The notes: generated from the sequence alone by a model not told the origin. Numbered from the stretch's first letter, positions 38,991 through 52,259 are shown. The stretch is 64,000 nucleotides of DNA from Mobula hypostoma (GCF_963921235.1 NC_086097.1:191024001-191088000), one strand, 5' to 3'. Translations and numbers: made by a program.

Positions 38991-39269
38991 CATATATGAC
39001 ACTGTCTTCCATGAGCTATTGTAAGGCCTACAGTATAATCGCATCATACTTATTACACCTTTCTTATTCTGAATCTGTAAGCATTTTGTCTCACTGGATG
39101 AATCTTACAAAATACAATTTACAGTGTAGCTGCATTACTCCTCTGAGTAGTGCAACTCCTCCACATATTTTACATCCCTTACTATCATATCAGCAATATC
39201 TAAATGTGTCAGTGATGATTTAGGGGTTTAGGTAATGTTACAAGAGGAACATGTATTTGTTAGGACCTA

Positions 39270-39458
39270 AATCTTCAAAATAGTGCTGTGGGATTTGTTA
39301 TATTTGTCCTAGGAGAACAGAGAGGGTTCCAGTCTGACACCATGTAAAAGACAGTGCTACTGACTCACATTAATGTACTGGGATATCAGAATAGATTTTT
39401 ACACTGAGGTCTTCGGAAGGAAATGCGTGGATATACCAACTGAGCCAAGGTTGGCACT
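39270..39458 (-). mobile_element. Degenerate DeuSINE-like (SacSINE1/AmnSINE-type) relic
   Basis: aatagtgctgtgggat...aaagacagtgc...accaactgagcca recalls the antisense Deu domain and tRNA-like head; recognised from memory only. Confidence 0.45.
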
Positions 39459-39479
39459 GGCATATTATTCCTCGTTTAA

Positions 39480-39800
39480 CAATAAATAATGCAGTCAGTG
39501 GAGCAGTTTTGTTATTAACTATGTCTGCTCTATGTTTTAAATAGAATAAGAATTACGCAGCAAAGCACTTTAGTAAATGCTATTATTTATGTAATGACCC
39601 AATTGACAGCATTTGCATCGCTCCAAAGAACGCACTTAACGACAAAATACTTCACTCATGACTTAAATTAGTTGGCTTGGAAGATCGTCATAAATCAAAC
39701 AGACACAACCCTTTATTTTTGCATATTTAGAGCACATTTATCTAAAGAATGCCTGTAATATTAAATAAAAAACATCACTTTAATAGCTTTTGTATAATTT
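39480..39800. promoter_or_regulatory. Candidate conserved non-coding element / developmental enhancer
   Basis: Repeat-free AT-rich block with TGACAG (39604-39609), ATTTGCAT (39611-39618) and minus-strand TGATTTATGA (39688-39697). Confidence 0.35.
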
Positions 39801-41310
39801 TTCCAAACTTTTGCAGGAATATAGTTTAGATTTTTGTTCTTTGATCAGAAGTTTTTCTATTCAATTGGAACTAAGCCTTAATGTGAAGACAATCAGACCA
39901 GAATGAAGCACTGAATGAATATTTTTTGAGTTACTGTCTGAACTCTTTTTTTTAAATGTAAATGGTCAGAAACAGTCAGGGCTTTGAAAATAATTTAAAT
40001 GCATCAAGCAACATCAAATCAGGTATAATCATAAAGAGAAATCAAAATTGAGTCTCTCTGAAGGATGTCAGTTTTTCAATTACAATAAATTATGAAGGTA
40101 TAATTAGTATTATTTTTTCTTTCTTCTAAATATCTCTTTCCAAGAACATTCACTTCCCTACCCTAGCCTCAGCCAAATGTTTTACATTGTACCTCCGATA
40201 AACAGCTCTTGCCTCCAGTTTATTGGGTTTGTTAAGATATCTTACAGATTTATGTAATGCAACTCAACTCTACGCCTGCCCATTTTCTTCCTTCCATCAT
40301 ACTTGAGTATCTCTTATCTGTCCTAGCCAAATATTTTCAAGTAATTGTACCATAATATTTTCCATAGGGTTTTCTAGATAGGAACATGTGGTAGCGTAAT
40401 TGTACTGCTAAATTACTTGCTTACATATTGCTGAATTTATTCTCACTGTTATAATATTTAAAGAAGGAGTACATCAATTGATCTGTTTTTCAGAAATAGT
40501 ACTTGTTTTTGCTGATCTGTTGCCATGGTAATCTTATTTATGGACATTTATCATACCTTGGGCTTAGAACAAATAAAGATGAAGTGTCAATAGCAAAATC
40601 AAGGCTACAACATTCACTGAAATAGTCCCCACTTCAAAAGCTAAATATTTTCATTTTCTTTTGTGTTTCCTTACATCAAACAAAAAAAAGGCACAAGTTG
40701 TGCATAAATATTGAAGGCTTATAATATGAAAACTCTCAATAGGTCAGGCAGGGAGAAATATAGTAACTGTTTCTAACTAATGATATTTCATTAACCCAGA
40801 CTATTAATCCACTTTCCCACTCCACAGCCACTAGCTGATTATTCCCAATACTTCAGATTTCTATTTTGTATTCCCTTGGTTTAATCTCCTTTAAGGATAA
40901 ATTCCAAAAGATGAATTTGTTTTAGCTAGCAAGCAGTACACAAAGTAATTGAATTGGGGCTGTACTGTTTGACTGCACTATCAATGCTACATCAATTTAT
41001 AAAACATATATTCAAACAAATCTCTTTTCCTGATTGGATTTACCCAAGTAGATATATTGAAGGCTTTGGAACTCAATGTGCAGAATTTGGGTATCCAAGA
41101 TCCTTCAGCAAATCTGACAATCACCTTTAAATTTACAGCATTTAAGATGTGTAATCTCTTAATTTACAATGGAATTGTACCCATTAAGTGAAAAGTAATG
41201 AGAATAAGGGTGTGTGGGAAACATCCATAGATGGAAAGAAATGTTAATGTTACTGGAATAATGTAGATTCAAGTAGAACAGATGTTTGGAGCATACTGTA
41301 TGCAATTTAA

Positions 41311-41729
41311 CCCTTACATACTGTTTGGGTCAAATTTGACCCGTTTTGACATTTGACAGCAGTAAAAACACACTAAATGCCATTTTTTTAGCCAAAATTT
41401 GATGTCTTATCCTAAAGTGACCCAAAATGCGCAAAAATGAAAATATTTTAAAATTTTGTACTTTTGTACAGGTGCTACAAATTTTTGTACATTGAGGCTG
41501 TTCCGGGTAAATTTTGACCTGTATCTATTGAAATGGATTTTAGATCTCTGAAACATTAACTAAGGATTAATCACCAATTTATTAATGTCAGATAGGCTAT
41601 TTATACATTCTAAATAGATCTGTGGTTCAAAATTTGGTATAGACACTTGTTATGAGGGGATTCTTGGGCTGGGTCAGAATTGACCCGGACCATACTGTGA
41701 AGGTATAGAATATGAACAGGTTGCCTGGG
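41311..41729. mobile_element. piggyBac-type non-autonomous element (419 bp)
   Basis: TTAA on both flanks (41307-41310, 41730-41733), CCC...GGG termini, three copies of a GGGTCAAATTTGACCC-type palindrome. Confidence 0.8.
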
Positions 41730-42604
41730 TTAATAAATTATGAGGTTGTCATGGGTAATAGAAATGCAAAGAGATAACTAAACCAAACTACCAATAATAA
41801 AGGGGATGGAGAGCCAAATTTTATCAAAGTCCATTATAGTAAACTAACTGGGAAACACAGATACAATTGCTGAACAAGTATTACTATTAACTCCCAATAA
41901 TTTGTTTCACTGTCAAAATCAGTTGACTTGAATTCACCACTTAGGTATGTCTGTTTAACTTCTTTTTTCAAAATTTCAAAATATACTTTTCAAAAATAAA
42001 ATTATATACAATAAACCATTCAATGACTCAACCACTCAATCCTTTACATATGTTTCCCTTACGGTCTCTAGATATCCATACTTTTGGCCACCCACGTGGC
42101 ACTCCGTTGGTTCACCTTACCACACCATTGTTGAGGGGTATACTCTAAGCCAAGTGAATACAATGATGTTAAGCAACAAATGTTTGGTCTCTGGTGAAGG
42201 GCAGATGTTAAAGGACAGATGGAACATGGTACACATGCTTCACACTCTCTACCCATTTCCTACTATTTATATCTACTCCAGGCAGATTATACGCAATTTA
42301 CAAGCCATCTGCACACCTTTTCACACGTCTACCAATGGCGTTATTCATTTTCCCATCAGCTCTACCCAGTCACAAATATTCCTATTGTTTTCTCCATCCC
42401 TCTGCATGCACTAACATTTCAAATCATTGATATTTTTTTCCAGTTCCAATGGAAGATCATGAATCTGAACTGGGAATTATTCTCTGCACAGAAGCTTCCA
42501 GCACATTGTGCATATAATGTGACTATAGCCATTAAATATATAAAATTCCCACCCATGAAGGATTGGAATACCATTGGTATATCAGGGCTTCAGAAAAATT
42601 TAAA

Positions 42605-44776
42605 CAAATTTGAGAAAGGATCAAATTTGAGAAAGGATCTAAAAAGCATGGATTGGGACAGGTTGTTCTCTGGCATGGATGTAATCGGTAGGTGGGAAGC
42701 CGTCAAAGCAGAAATTTTGAGAGTGCAGAATTTGTATGTTCCTGTCAGGATTAAAGGCAAGGTGAATAGGAATAAGGAACCTTGGTTCTCAAGGGATATT
42801 ACAACTCTGATAAAGAAGAAGAGGGAGTTGTATGACATGTATAGGAAGCAGGGAGTAAATAAGGTGCTTGAGGAGTATAAGAATTGCAAGAAAATACTTA
42901 AGAAAGAAATCAGGAGGGCTAAAAGAAGACATGAGGTTGCCTTGGTGGTCAAAGTGAAGGATAATCCAAAGAGCTTTTACAGGTATATTAAGAGCAAAAG
43001 GATTTTAAGGGATAAAATTGGTCCTCTTGAAGATCAGAGTGGCCGGCTATGTGCGGAACCAAAGGAAATGGGGGAGATCTTAAATAGGTTTTTTGCGTCT
43101 GTATTTACTAAGGAAACTGGCATGAAGTCTATGGAATTAAGGGAAACAAGTAGTGAGATCATGGAAACTGTACAGATCGAAAAGGAGGAGGTCCTTGCTG
43201 TCTTGAGGAAAATTAAAGTGGATAAATCCCCGGGACCTGACAGGGTGTTCCCTCGGACCTTGAAGGAGACTAGTGTTGAAATTGCAGGGACCCAGCCTGA
43301 AATATTTAAAATGTCGCTGTCTACAGGTGAGGTGCCGGAGGATTGGAGAGTTGTTTAAAAAAGGATCGAAAAGTAATCCGGGAAATTATAGGCCAGTAAG
43401 TTTAACGTCGGTAGTAGGTAAGTTATTGGAGGGAGTACTAAGAGACAGAATTACAAGCATTTGGATAGACTGGGACTTATTATGGAGAGTCAACATGGCT
43501 TTGTGCGTGGTAGGTCATGTTTGACCAATCTATTGGAGTTTTTTGAGGAGGTTACCAGGAAAGAGGATGAAGGGAAGGCAGTGGATATTGTCTACATGGA
43601 CTTCAGTAGGACCTTTGACAAGGTCCCGGATGGGAGGTTAGTTAGGAAAATTCAGTCGCTAGGTATACATGGAGAGGTGGTAAATTGGATTGACATTGGC
43701 TCAATGGAAGAAGCCAAAGAGTGGTAGTAGAGAATTGCTTCTCCGAGTGGAGGCCTGTGACTAGTGGTGTGCTACAGGGATCAGTGCTGGGTCCGTTGTT
43801 ATTTGTCATCTATATCAATGATCTGGATGATAATGTGGTAAATTGGATCAGCAAGTTTGCTGATGATACAAAGATTGGAGGTGTAGTAGACAGTGAGGAA
43901 GGTTTTCAGAGCCTGCAGAGGGACTTGGACCAGCTGGAAAAATGGGCTGAAAAATGGCAGATGGAGTTTAATACTGACAAGTGTGAGGTATTGCACGTTG
44001 GAAGGACAAACCAAGGTAGACCATACAGGGTTAATGGTAAGGCATTGAGGAGTGCAGTGGAACAGAGGGATCTGGGAATACAGATACAAAATTCCCTAAA
44101 AGTGTCGTCACAGGTAGATAGGGTCGTAAAGAGAGCTTTTGGTACATTGGCCTTTATTAATCAAAGTATTGAGTATAAGAGCTGGAATGTTATGATGAGG
44201 TTGTATAAGGCATTGGTGAGGCCGAATCTGGAGTATTGTGTTCAGTTTTGGTCACCAAATTACAGGAAGGATATAAATAAGGTTGAAAGAGTGCAGAGAA
44301 GGTTTACAAGGATGTTGCTGGGACTTGAGAAACTCAGTTACAGAGAAAGGTTGAATAGGTTGGGACTTTATTCCCTGGAGCGTAGAAGAATGAGGGGAGA
44401 TTTGATAGAGGTATATAAAATTATGATGGGTATCGATAGAGTGAATGCTAACAGGCTTTTTCCACTGAAGCAAGAGGAGAAAAAAACCAGAGGACATGGG
44501 TTAAGTGTGAGGGGGGAAAAGTTTAAAGGGAACATTAGGGGGGGCTTCTTCACACAGAGAGTGGTGGGAGTATGGAATGAGCTGCCAGACGAGGTGGTAA
44601 ATGAGGGTTCTTTTTTAAAATTTAAGAATAAATTGGACAGATACATGGATTGGAGGTGTATGAAGGGATATGGTCCGTGTGCAGGTCAGTGGAACTAGAC
44701 AAAAAATGGTTTGGCACAGCCAAGAAGGGCCAAAAGGCCTGTTTCTGTGCTGTAGTTTCTATGGTTTCTATGGTTT
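42605..44776 (+). mobile_element. 5'-truncated CR1 LINE (RT largely intact, frameshifted)
   Basis: ORFs to 43358, 43461-43727 and 43721-44698 ([17 protein letters not shown]); (TTTCTATGG)n tail. Confidence 0.95.
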
Positions 44777-45204
44777 AAAATATGAACTAGCATTTTCTAA
44801 AAGGTGATGGAATGGAGAAAATGACAGCTATATCATATCATGAACAGGAGAGACCATAAGACCATAAGGCCACAAGATATAGGAGCAGGAGCCATGTGGC
44901 CCATCGAGTCTGCTCTGCCATTCAATCATGGGCTGATCCAATTCTTCCAGTCAACCACACTCCCCTGCTTTCTCCCCATAACCTTTGATGCCATGGCTAA
45001 TCAAAAATCTATCTATCTCTGCCTTAAAATGCACCCAATGACTTGGCCTCCACAGCTGCTCATGGCAACAAATTCCACAGATTTACCACCCTCTGACTAA
45101 AGTAATTTCTCCACATCTCTGTTCTAAATGGACGTCCTTCAATCCTAAAGTTGTGCCCTCTTGTCCTAGACTTCCTTACCATGGGAAATAACTTAGTTAT
45201 ATCT

Positions 45205-45433
45205 AAGCAACACACATCAAAGTTGCTGGTGAATGCAGCAGGCCAGGCAGCATCCCCAGGAAGAGGCGCAGTCTACGTTTCAGGCCAAGACCCTTCGTCA
45301 GTCCTGATGAAGGGTCTCGGCCTGAAACGTCGACTGCGCCTCTTCCTGGGGATGCTGCTTGGCCTGCTGCGTTCAGCAGCAACTTTGATGTGTGTTGCTT
45401 GAATTTCCAGCATCTGCAGAATTCCTGTTGTTT
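45205..45433. mobile_element. Head-to-head inverted PLE pLTR mini-insertion
   Basis: 97-bp arms 45205-45301 and 45304-45400 with a 2-bp spacer; TSD GTTATATCT at 45196-45204 and 45434-45442. Confidence 0.92.
45299..45336 (+). ncRNA. Minimal type I hammerhead ribozyme motif
   Basis: CAGUC-CUGAUGA-A-GGGU(CUCG)GCCU-GAAA-CG-UC-GACUG with a perfect 5-bp helix I. Confidence 0.8.
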
Positions 45434-46519
45434 GTTATATCTGATCTGTTCAGCCCTTTTAACATTTGGAATGTTTCTATGAGATTCCGCTCCCCCCCTC
45501 CCCCCACCACCCCATTCTTCTGAACTCCAGGGAATACAGCCCAAGAGCTGCCAGACATTCCTCATACGATAACCCTCTCATTCCTGGAATCATTCTCGTG
45601 AATCTTCTCTGAAGCCTCTCCAATGTCAGTATATCCTTTCTAAAATAAGGAGCCCAAAACTGCATACAATACTCCAAGTGTGGTCTCACGAGTGCGCTAT
45701 AGAGCCTCAACATCACATCCCTGCTCTTATATTTTACACGTCTAGAAATGAATGCCAACATTGCATTAGCCTTCTTCATAACTGATTCAACCTGGAGGTT
45801 AACCGTTAGGGTATCTTGCACAAGGACTCCCAAATCCCTTTGCATCTCTGCATTTTGAATTCTCTCCCAATTTAAATAATAGTCTGCCCATTTATTTCTT
45901 CCATCAAAGCGCATGACCATACACTTTCCTACATTGTATTTCATTTGCCACTTCTTTGCCCATTTCCCGAAACTGTCTAAGTCTCTCTGCAGGCTCTCAG
46001 TTTCCTCAACACTCCCCACTCCTCCACCTATCTTTGTATCATCAGCAAATTTAGCCAGAAATCCATTAATCCCATCATCCAAATCATTGACATACATCGC
46101 AAAAAGCAGCAGTCCCAACACCAACCCCTGTGGACCTCCACTGGTAACCGGCAGCCAGCCAGAATAGTATCCTTTTATTCCCATTTACTGTTCTCTGCTG
46201 ATCAGCCAATGCTCTACCCATGCTAGTAACTCCCCTGTAATTCTATGAGCTCTTATCTTGCTAAGCAGCCTCATGTGCAGCACCTTGTCAAAGGCCTTCT
46301 GAAACTCCAAGTATACCACGTCTACTGCATCTCCTTTGTCTACCATGCTTGTAGTTTCCTCAAAATATTGCAGTAGGTTAGTCAGGCAGGAAAATGAGTA
46401 GATCATTTTGGCAATTAATGGAAAATAAGTATTAATGTCAAAATCTTGATGTGGTCTTGAGTTAGAATAAAAATCACAGATTTTGAAGTCCAAAGACCAA
46501 GAGACAAATGAGACTTCTA

Positions 46520-47125
46520 GCGCAACACAAACAATATGCTGGAGAAATACAGCAGCTCAGGCTGCAATTATGGAGGGAAATGGACAGTTGACATTTCAGG
46601 CCAAGACCCTTCATCAGGACTGGAAAGGAAGGGAGCAGAATACAGAGTAAGTTGGGAGTGTGTGGAAAACAGGGAGAAGCAGGAACTGGCAGGTGATAGA
46701 GGAATCAAGGTGAGAGGAGGGTAGACACTAGAGTAGGGAAGGGTGGAAGAAATGGAATAATGTGAGAAGCTGGGAGGTGATGGGTAGAAGAGGTATCTAC
46801 GTGATTTTACATGATCAGCCACTCAACCGTGCTCATTTAGTGACATTGGCCCCAGTTAAGGAACATCCGAGTTCTGATCAGATTCTTTCATCAGCCCTTT
46901 GCCACTACCAGATTTCCCCTCCTTCATCCTAACCCCTCCTAGCTTCTCACATTATTACCTTTTTTCACCTCTTACCCCTCTTACCTAAATCCACTCATCA
47001 CTCACCAGTTTTGTGTCTCCACCTCCTCCCACACTTTCATTCTGGTTTCTGCTCCAGTCTCAAAGATGAAATGTTCATCTCTCTTCAAAACCAGTGCTAA
47101 CCTGCTGTTCCTTCAGCATTTCGGA
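46520..47125. mobile_element. Older inverted pair of PLE pLTR fragments with a decayed hammerhead (46585-46622, minus)
   Basis: Minus strand CAGUC-CUGAUGA-AGGGUCUUGGCCU-GAAA-UG-UC-AACUG; downstream pyrimidine-rich pLTR-like segment in the opposite orientation. Confidence 0.55.
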
Positions 47126-47399
47126 TGGGGTTCTTTCTGCTGTCTTTCTTGTATATGACTGTGGATTTAGTCATTCTGGTAAAGGCACTCCCACAATGTT
47201 GTTGGGTAGGCCATTATTTTTTGTTTGCATGTCACAACTCAGTGTTGTATGGCTATTGAAAGGGCTGTAGGGCGTACAAGACAACCTTGCCAATCAAAAG
47301 GTCAGGAAGTAATAAGGTACAGTAATTAGAAGTAAATGGATGTGTTACAACTGAACCCAAGGGAGACCAATATCATTGTGGGCAGGTTTCAGGGTAATT

Positions 47400-48675
47400 G
47401 GAGACACGTAATAAAATAGGCTGAAGTCAGAATGGTTTCTGTAAGGGAAAATCTTGCCTGACAAATCTATTGAAATTCTTGAAAGAAATAACAAGTAGGA
47501 TAGACAAAGGAGAATCAGTTGATGTAGTGTACTTCAATATTCAGAAGGCTTCTGACAAGATGCCACACATGAGGTTGCTTAACAAGCTACAAACACATGG
47601 TATTACAGGAAAGTTTCTAGAATGGAATAAGCAGTGGCTGATTGGCAGGAGGGAAAGAGTGGAAATAAAGGGAGCCTTTTCTGGTTGGCTGCCAGTGACT
47701 ATTGGTGTTCTATAGCGTTCTGTGGTGGGACCGATTCTTTACACATTATACATTAATGGTTTGTGTTCAAATTTGTGGATTATATGAAGAAAGGTGGAGG
47801 GACAGGTAGTGTTGAAGCAGTGAAGCTATTGATGGATTTCGACAGATTAGGAGAATGTGTGAATAAGTGGCAGATGGAATACAGTGCCAGGAAGTATACG
47901 GACATGCACTTTGATAGAAGAAATTAAAAGGTAGTCCATTTTCTAAAAGGAGAGAAAATTCAAAAAGAAATGTGAAGGTAATTGAGAGTCCTCATGTAGT
48001 ATTCCGTAAAGTTTAATTGCAGGCTGAGTTGGTGGTGAGGAAGGCAAATATAATGTTAGCATTCATTTTGGGAAGACTAGTCACTAGAATATAAAAACAA
48101 TTATGTACTGTCGAGACTTTATAAGGCACTGGTGAGGCCTCATTTGGAGTATTGAGAGCATTTTTGGGTCCCTTATCAAAGGATGTATTGATATTGAAGT
48201 GGGCTCAAAGGAGGTTCACAAAAATGATTCTGAGATTAAAAGGCTCATCATATGAGGAGTGTTTGATGGGTCTAGGCTTGTACTCACTAGAATTGAGATG
48301 AATGGGGGGGGGGGTGTCATTGAACTCTATCAAATGTTGAAAGGCCTTAACAGAGTGGATGTATAGAGGATGTTTCCCATGGTGAGAGAGTCTAAGACCA
48401 GAGGATGCAGTCTCAGAATAGAGGAACAGCCATTAAGGACTGAGGTGAGGAGGAATTGTTTTTGTCCATGAAATTTGTTGCCACAGGTGGCTCTGGAGCC
48501 CCAATCATTCGGTATATTTAAGGCAGAGGTTGTTAGATTCTTAATTAGTCAGTGCAAGAAGGGATATGGAGAGAGGCAGGAGATTGGGGCTCAGAGAGAA
48601 ATTGATCAGCCATGATTAAATGGCCCTTGATGGGCCAAATAAACTAATTATGCTCCTATATCTTACGGTCTTAAA
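47400..48675 (+). mobile_element. Degenerate CR1 LINE
   Basis: VDVVYFNIQKASDKMPH; ends in a cttacggtctta tail. Confidence 0.85.
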
Positions 48676-49329
48676 CTGAAGCTAAGTCTACAATAATGGG
48701 AAATAGTTACCTGAATAACAGAGTGTATAAGCAGTCCATGTACATGATCTAACAATGAAAACATGAATCAAGCAAATTCTTCTGCTCCAGGAGAGTTATA
48801 TTAAGCTGGCTATGCATGGCAGACCAATAGATTTGTTCATGGGCATCCTGTTAAAGATTCCAATTACAACTCTCACAATACTTAAGCGGCCTCTGGATAA
48901 GCACTTGCTTTTGACAGGAATAGTTAGCTGTGAACCCAATGCTGGCAAGCAGGATTAGTATAGATGAGTATTTGATGGCTGACATAGATATAGTGAGTAG
49001 AAGAGCCTGTTCTGTAGGAATATTACGCAAGACCTAAACATTGTGAGATGGAATTAGTCCTGCAGGCTTCGTGCACACAAGGGCTTTTCTTCCACTCACA
49101 GAGTGCAACAAAATCTTTGTATGGTGTAGAATTTCAGATCTATTCTCTTTTCTCTCTTAGTAATCAGTAAAGAAAGTGTATTAAAGAGTATTGAATGATC
49201 GCATGATGAATTCAATAGACAACTTATTGTTGGAAGTGATAAATCCACTTATTTTCATGTGTTATTTCCCTCTTTTGCAGATTCAAAATACTAGACTCAC
49301 ATTAAAATAAATTTTGCTTAACAGGTCTA

Positions 49330-49700
49330 ACACTTTATACTTTACTTTATTGTCGACAAACAATTGATACTGGAGCGTACAATCATCACAGCGATATTTG
49401 ATTCTGCGCTTCGCGCTCCCTGGAGTACAAATCAATAGTAAATATTAAAAATTTACATTATAAATCATAAATAGAAAATAGAAAAGGGGAAGTAAGGTAG
49501 TGCAAAAAAAAAACCAAGAGGCAAGTCCGGATATTTGGAGGGTACGGCCCAGATCCGGGTCAGGATCCGTTCAGCAGTCTTATCACAGTTGGAAAGAAGC
49601 TGTTCCCAAATCTGGCCGTACGAGTCTTCAAGCTCCTGAGCCTTCTCCCGGAGGGAAGAGGGACGAAAAGTGTGTTGGCTGGGTGGGTCGTGTCCTTGGC
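49330..49700 (-). mobile_element. Rex1/Babar 3' end
   Basis: Reverse complement encodes D-T-T-H-P-A-N-T-L-F-V-P-L-P-S-G-R-R...N-S-F-F-P-T-V-I-R-L-L-N, followed by the 3' UTR. Confidence 0.8.
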
Positions 49701-50079
49701 AAATACTTGGCAGTTGATGTTCAGTCCACACAAGACAAAAAATTACAATGGCAACAAGACACCTGAAATGTGACAACATCATAATGAGAACTAGAAACCT
49801 GTTCATCTGGAGAAACTGAGAAGATACTCTGAAACATTAAGCACATTGCTTTATCTGCCGTGAACAGCAAATAAAATTGTGGGTTATATTTGATTACTTC
49901 ATGCGAATAATATTTCCCTTGAAAGACTATTGAATATAGAAGCAAAATGATTCCAGAATTGGAAAACTAATAGAAAGGAACTTGGTTAGCTTGGAAGAGA
50001 AGAGACCTCAAAACAAAAATATCAGAAGTTATTGTTCTGTAAGTTTTATAAAATTATTCAGTGTGTTAAGGGATTCAAA

Positions 50080-50985
50080 TACATGAACCAAAGTTTGCAG
50101 ATGATATGAAGGTTGGTGGTGTTATGGATAATGCAAAAGGTTAACATGTATTCCTACATTCCAACTAGATATAGATAGGATGCAGAGCTGGGCAGTGAAG
50201 TGGTAAATGGAATTCAATCTAGAAAAGTGTGAAGTGATATCCGTTGAAGGTCAAACTTGAAGCCAGGATACAAGATTAATGGCTTAATTCTTAATGGTGT
50301 GGAGCAACAAAGGGATCCATGTCCATAGCTCTCTCAAAGTTGCCATGCAAGTTACTAGGATGGTTAGGAAGACATGTAGTGTTCTGGCCTTCATTGGTCA
50401 GGGACTGAGTTTATGAGCTGCAAGTCATGTTGCAGCTCCTTAAAACTCTGGTTAGGCCACACCTGAATAATGTGTTCAGTTCCAATTACCTCGTTATTGG
50501 AAGGATGTGGAAGTTTTAGAAAGGATGCAGAGGAGATTAACTAGAATGCTGCCTGGAATAGAGAAAATGTCTCGTTAGGAAAGTTTGAGCAAGCAGGGTT
50601 TTTGTCATTGGGTTGAGGAGGATAAGAGGCAACTTGACAGAGTGGTACGATAGAGTAGACACAAGAGGCTTAGGTACGGTGGATGGCCAGCACCTTTTGC
50701 ACAGTATTCAGTTGCCAGTACTGGAGGACATCCTTTTAATGTGAGTGGAAAAAAGATTAGGGGAGATGTCAGAGGTAGGTTTTCTTCCAAAAAAAAATAG
50801 TAGGTAACTGGAATGCATTTTCAGGGGTGGTGGCAGAGGCTGATATAATGAGGACATTTAAGAAACTCTTAGGTATGCATATGGACGTAAGAAAAATGGA
50901 GAGTTATGGGTTGTGTAAGAGGGAAGGGTTATATTGATTGTGGAGTAGGATTATACAGGTTAACACAATTTAGTGGACCAAAGGG
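50080..50985 (+). mobile_element. Degenerate CR1 3' fragment
   Basis: aagtttgcagatgatatgaag (KFADD); colinear with other CR1 copies. Confidence 0.8.
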
Positions 50986-51009
50986 AACCAACCTGCAACC
51001 CTCCAATCC

Positions 51010-51500
51010 TCTGGTACTTCTCCCATCCTTATTGATGATGCAAAGATCATCGCAAGAGGCTCAGCATTCACCTCCCTCGCTTCCCACAGTAGCCTAGGAT
51101 ATATGTCAACTGGTCCCAGTGACTTATACTAACTTAATGCTTTTCAAAACTCCAGCACATCCTCTTTTTTAATTTCTATATGCTCAAGCATTTCAGTCTG
51201 CTGTAAGTCATCCCCACAATTGCCAAGGTCTTCTTCCCTGGTGAAAACTGCACCAAAGTATTCATTAAGTACCTCCTCCGACTCCATGCACATGTTTCCA
51301 CTATCGCACCTGATTGGTCCTATTTTCACATGGCTCATCTTCTTCCTCTTCACATACTTGCAGAATGCCTTGGGGCTTTCCTTAATCCTGTTCACCAAGG
51401 CCTTCTCATGGACCCTTCTGGCTCTCCTAATTCCATTCTTAAGCTCCTTCCTAGCAATCTTGTAATTTTCTAGAATTCTAACAGTACCTAGTTTCTTGAA
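51010..51500 (-). mobile_element. CR1 ORF2 internal fragment
   Basis: RIKESPKAFCKYVK...EVLNEYFGAVFT (51144-51398). Confidence 0.8.
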
Positions 51501-52259
51501 CCCAGTATCTGCTAGCCTAGTTAATAGTACCAGAGTCAGTAATTAAATAACACTGCTAGAAAACGTGAAAGTTATTTCTGGAAAGAAATAACTTAATGGG
51601 AAGAGAAATAATTAGCATTTCAACATAAAACTGTAATGAAACTAGAAGAAGTTTTGATATAGCAACATATATATCAGTTGAAAATGCGGGCAAGTAATTG
51701 TAGGAATATAATTCTCATAAGTGTGATGTGTTGCATTTTGGAGGTCAAATACAAGAAGAAAGTGTGCAGTAATTGGCAGCACCCTTCAAAGTACTGGTAT
51801 ACAGAGGGATCTTGGAGTGCCAGTACTTAGTCCTTAACTCTCTGAAAATGGCAACACAGATAGTGTAGTGAAGAAGGTATACTACATACTTGCTTTCATG
51901 ATTCAGAGTATCAAGTTTAAAAGTTGGGGAAGTCATGTTACAGCTAGGTAAAGCTGTGGTTAAACCATATTTGGAGTATTGCGTGTGGTTTGCTTGCTGT
52001 GTTACAGGAACGGTATGGAGGCTTTAAAAAGGGTGAAGTTATTCAGCATAATGTAGTGTTGATTAGTGTATTAGCTACAAAGAGAGTGTGGACAAACTTG
52101 GTCTGTTTTCTCTGGAGTAAGGATGAGGGATGACCTGACAGAAGGTTATATAGGTCTGAAAAGCATATATAGCATAGAGAGTTTAAGTCTTTTCCTCCAG
52201 GGTGAAAGTATCAAATTCTAGAGGGCACTGACCTATGATGAGTGGGTCAGAGAGAAATC

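Larger units (their letters stand above)
44850..46390 (-). mobile_element. 5'-truncated CR1 LINE containing a palindromic PLE insertion
   Basis: ORF 45477-46184 (KFADDTK, RPHLEYC); (accataag)n tail at ~44852. Confidence 0.92.

Noticed and set aside
41960..42600. Possible additional minus-strand retroelement upstream of the CR1
   Set aside because: T-rich boundary is suggestive, but no protein motif or second copy is visible
42219..43358. 379-aa ORF with a novel N-terminus
   Set aside because: Only the part from ~42605 is CR1 ORF2; the upstream ~130 codons have no recognisable motif and look like chance open flank
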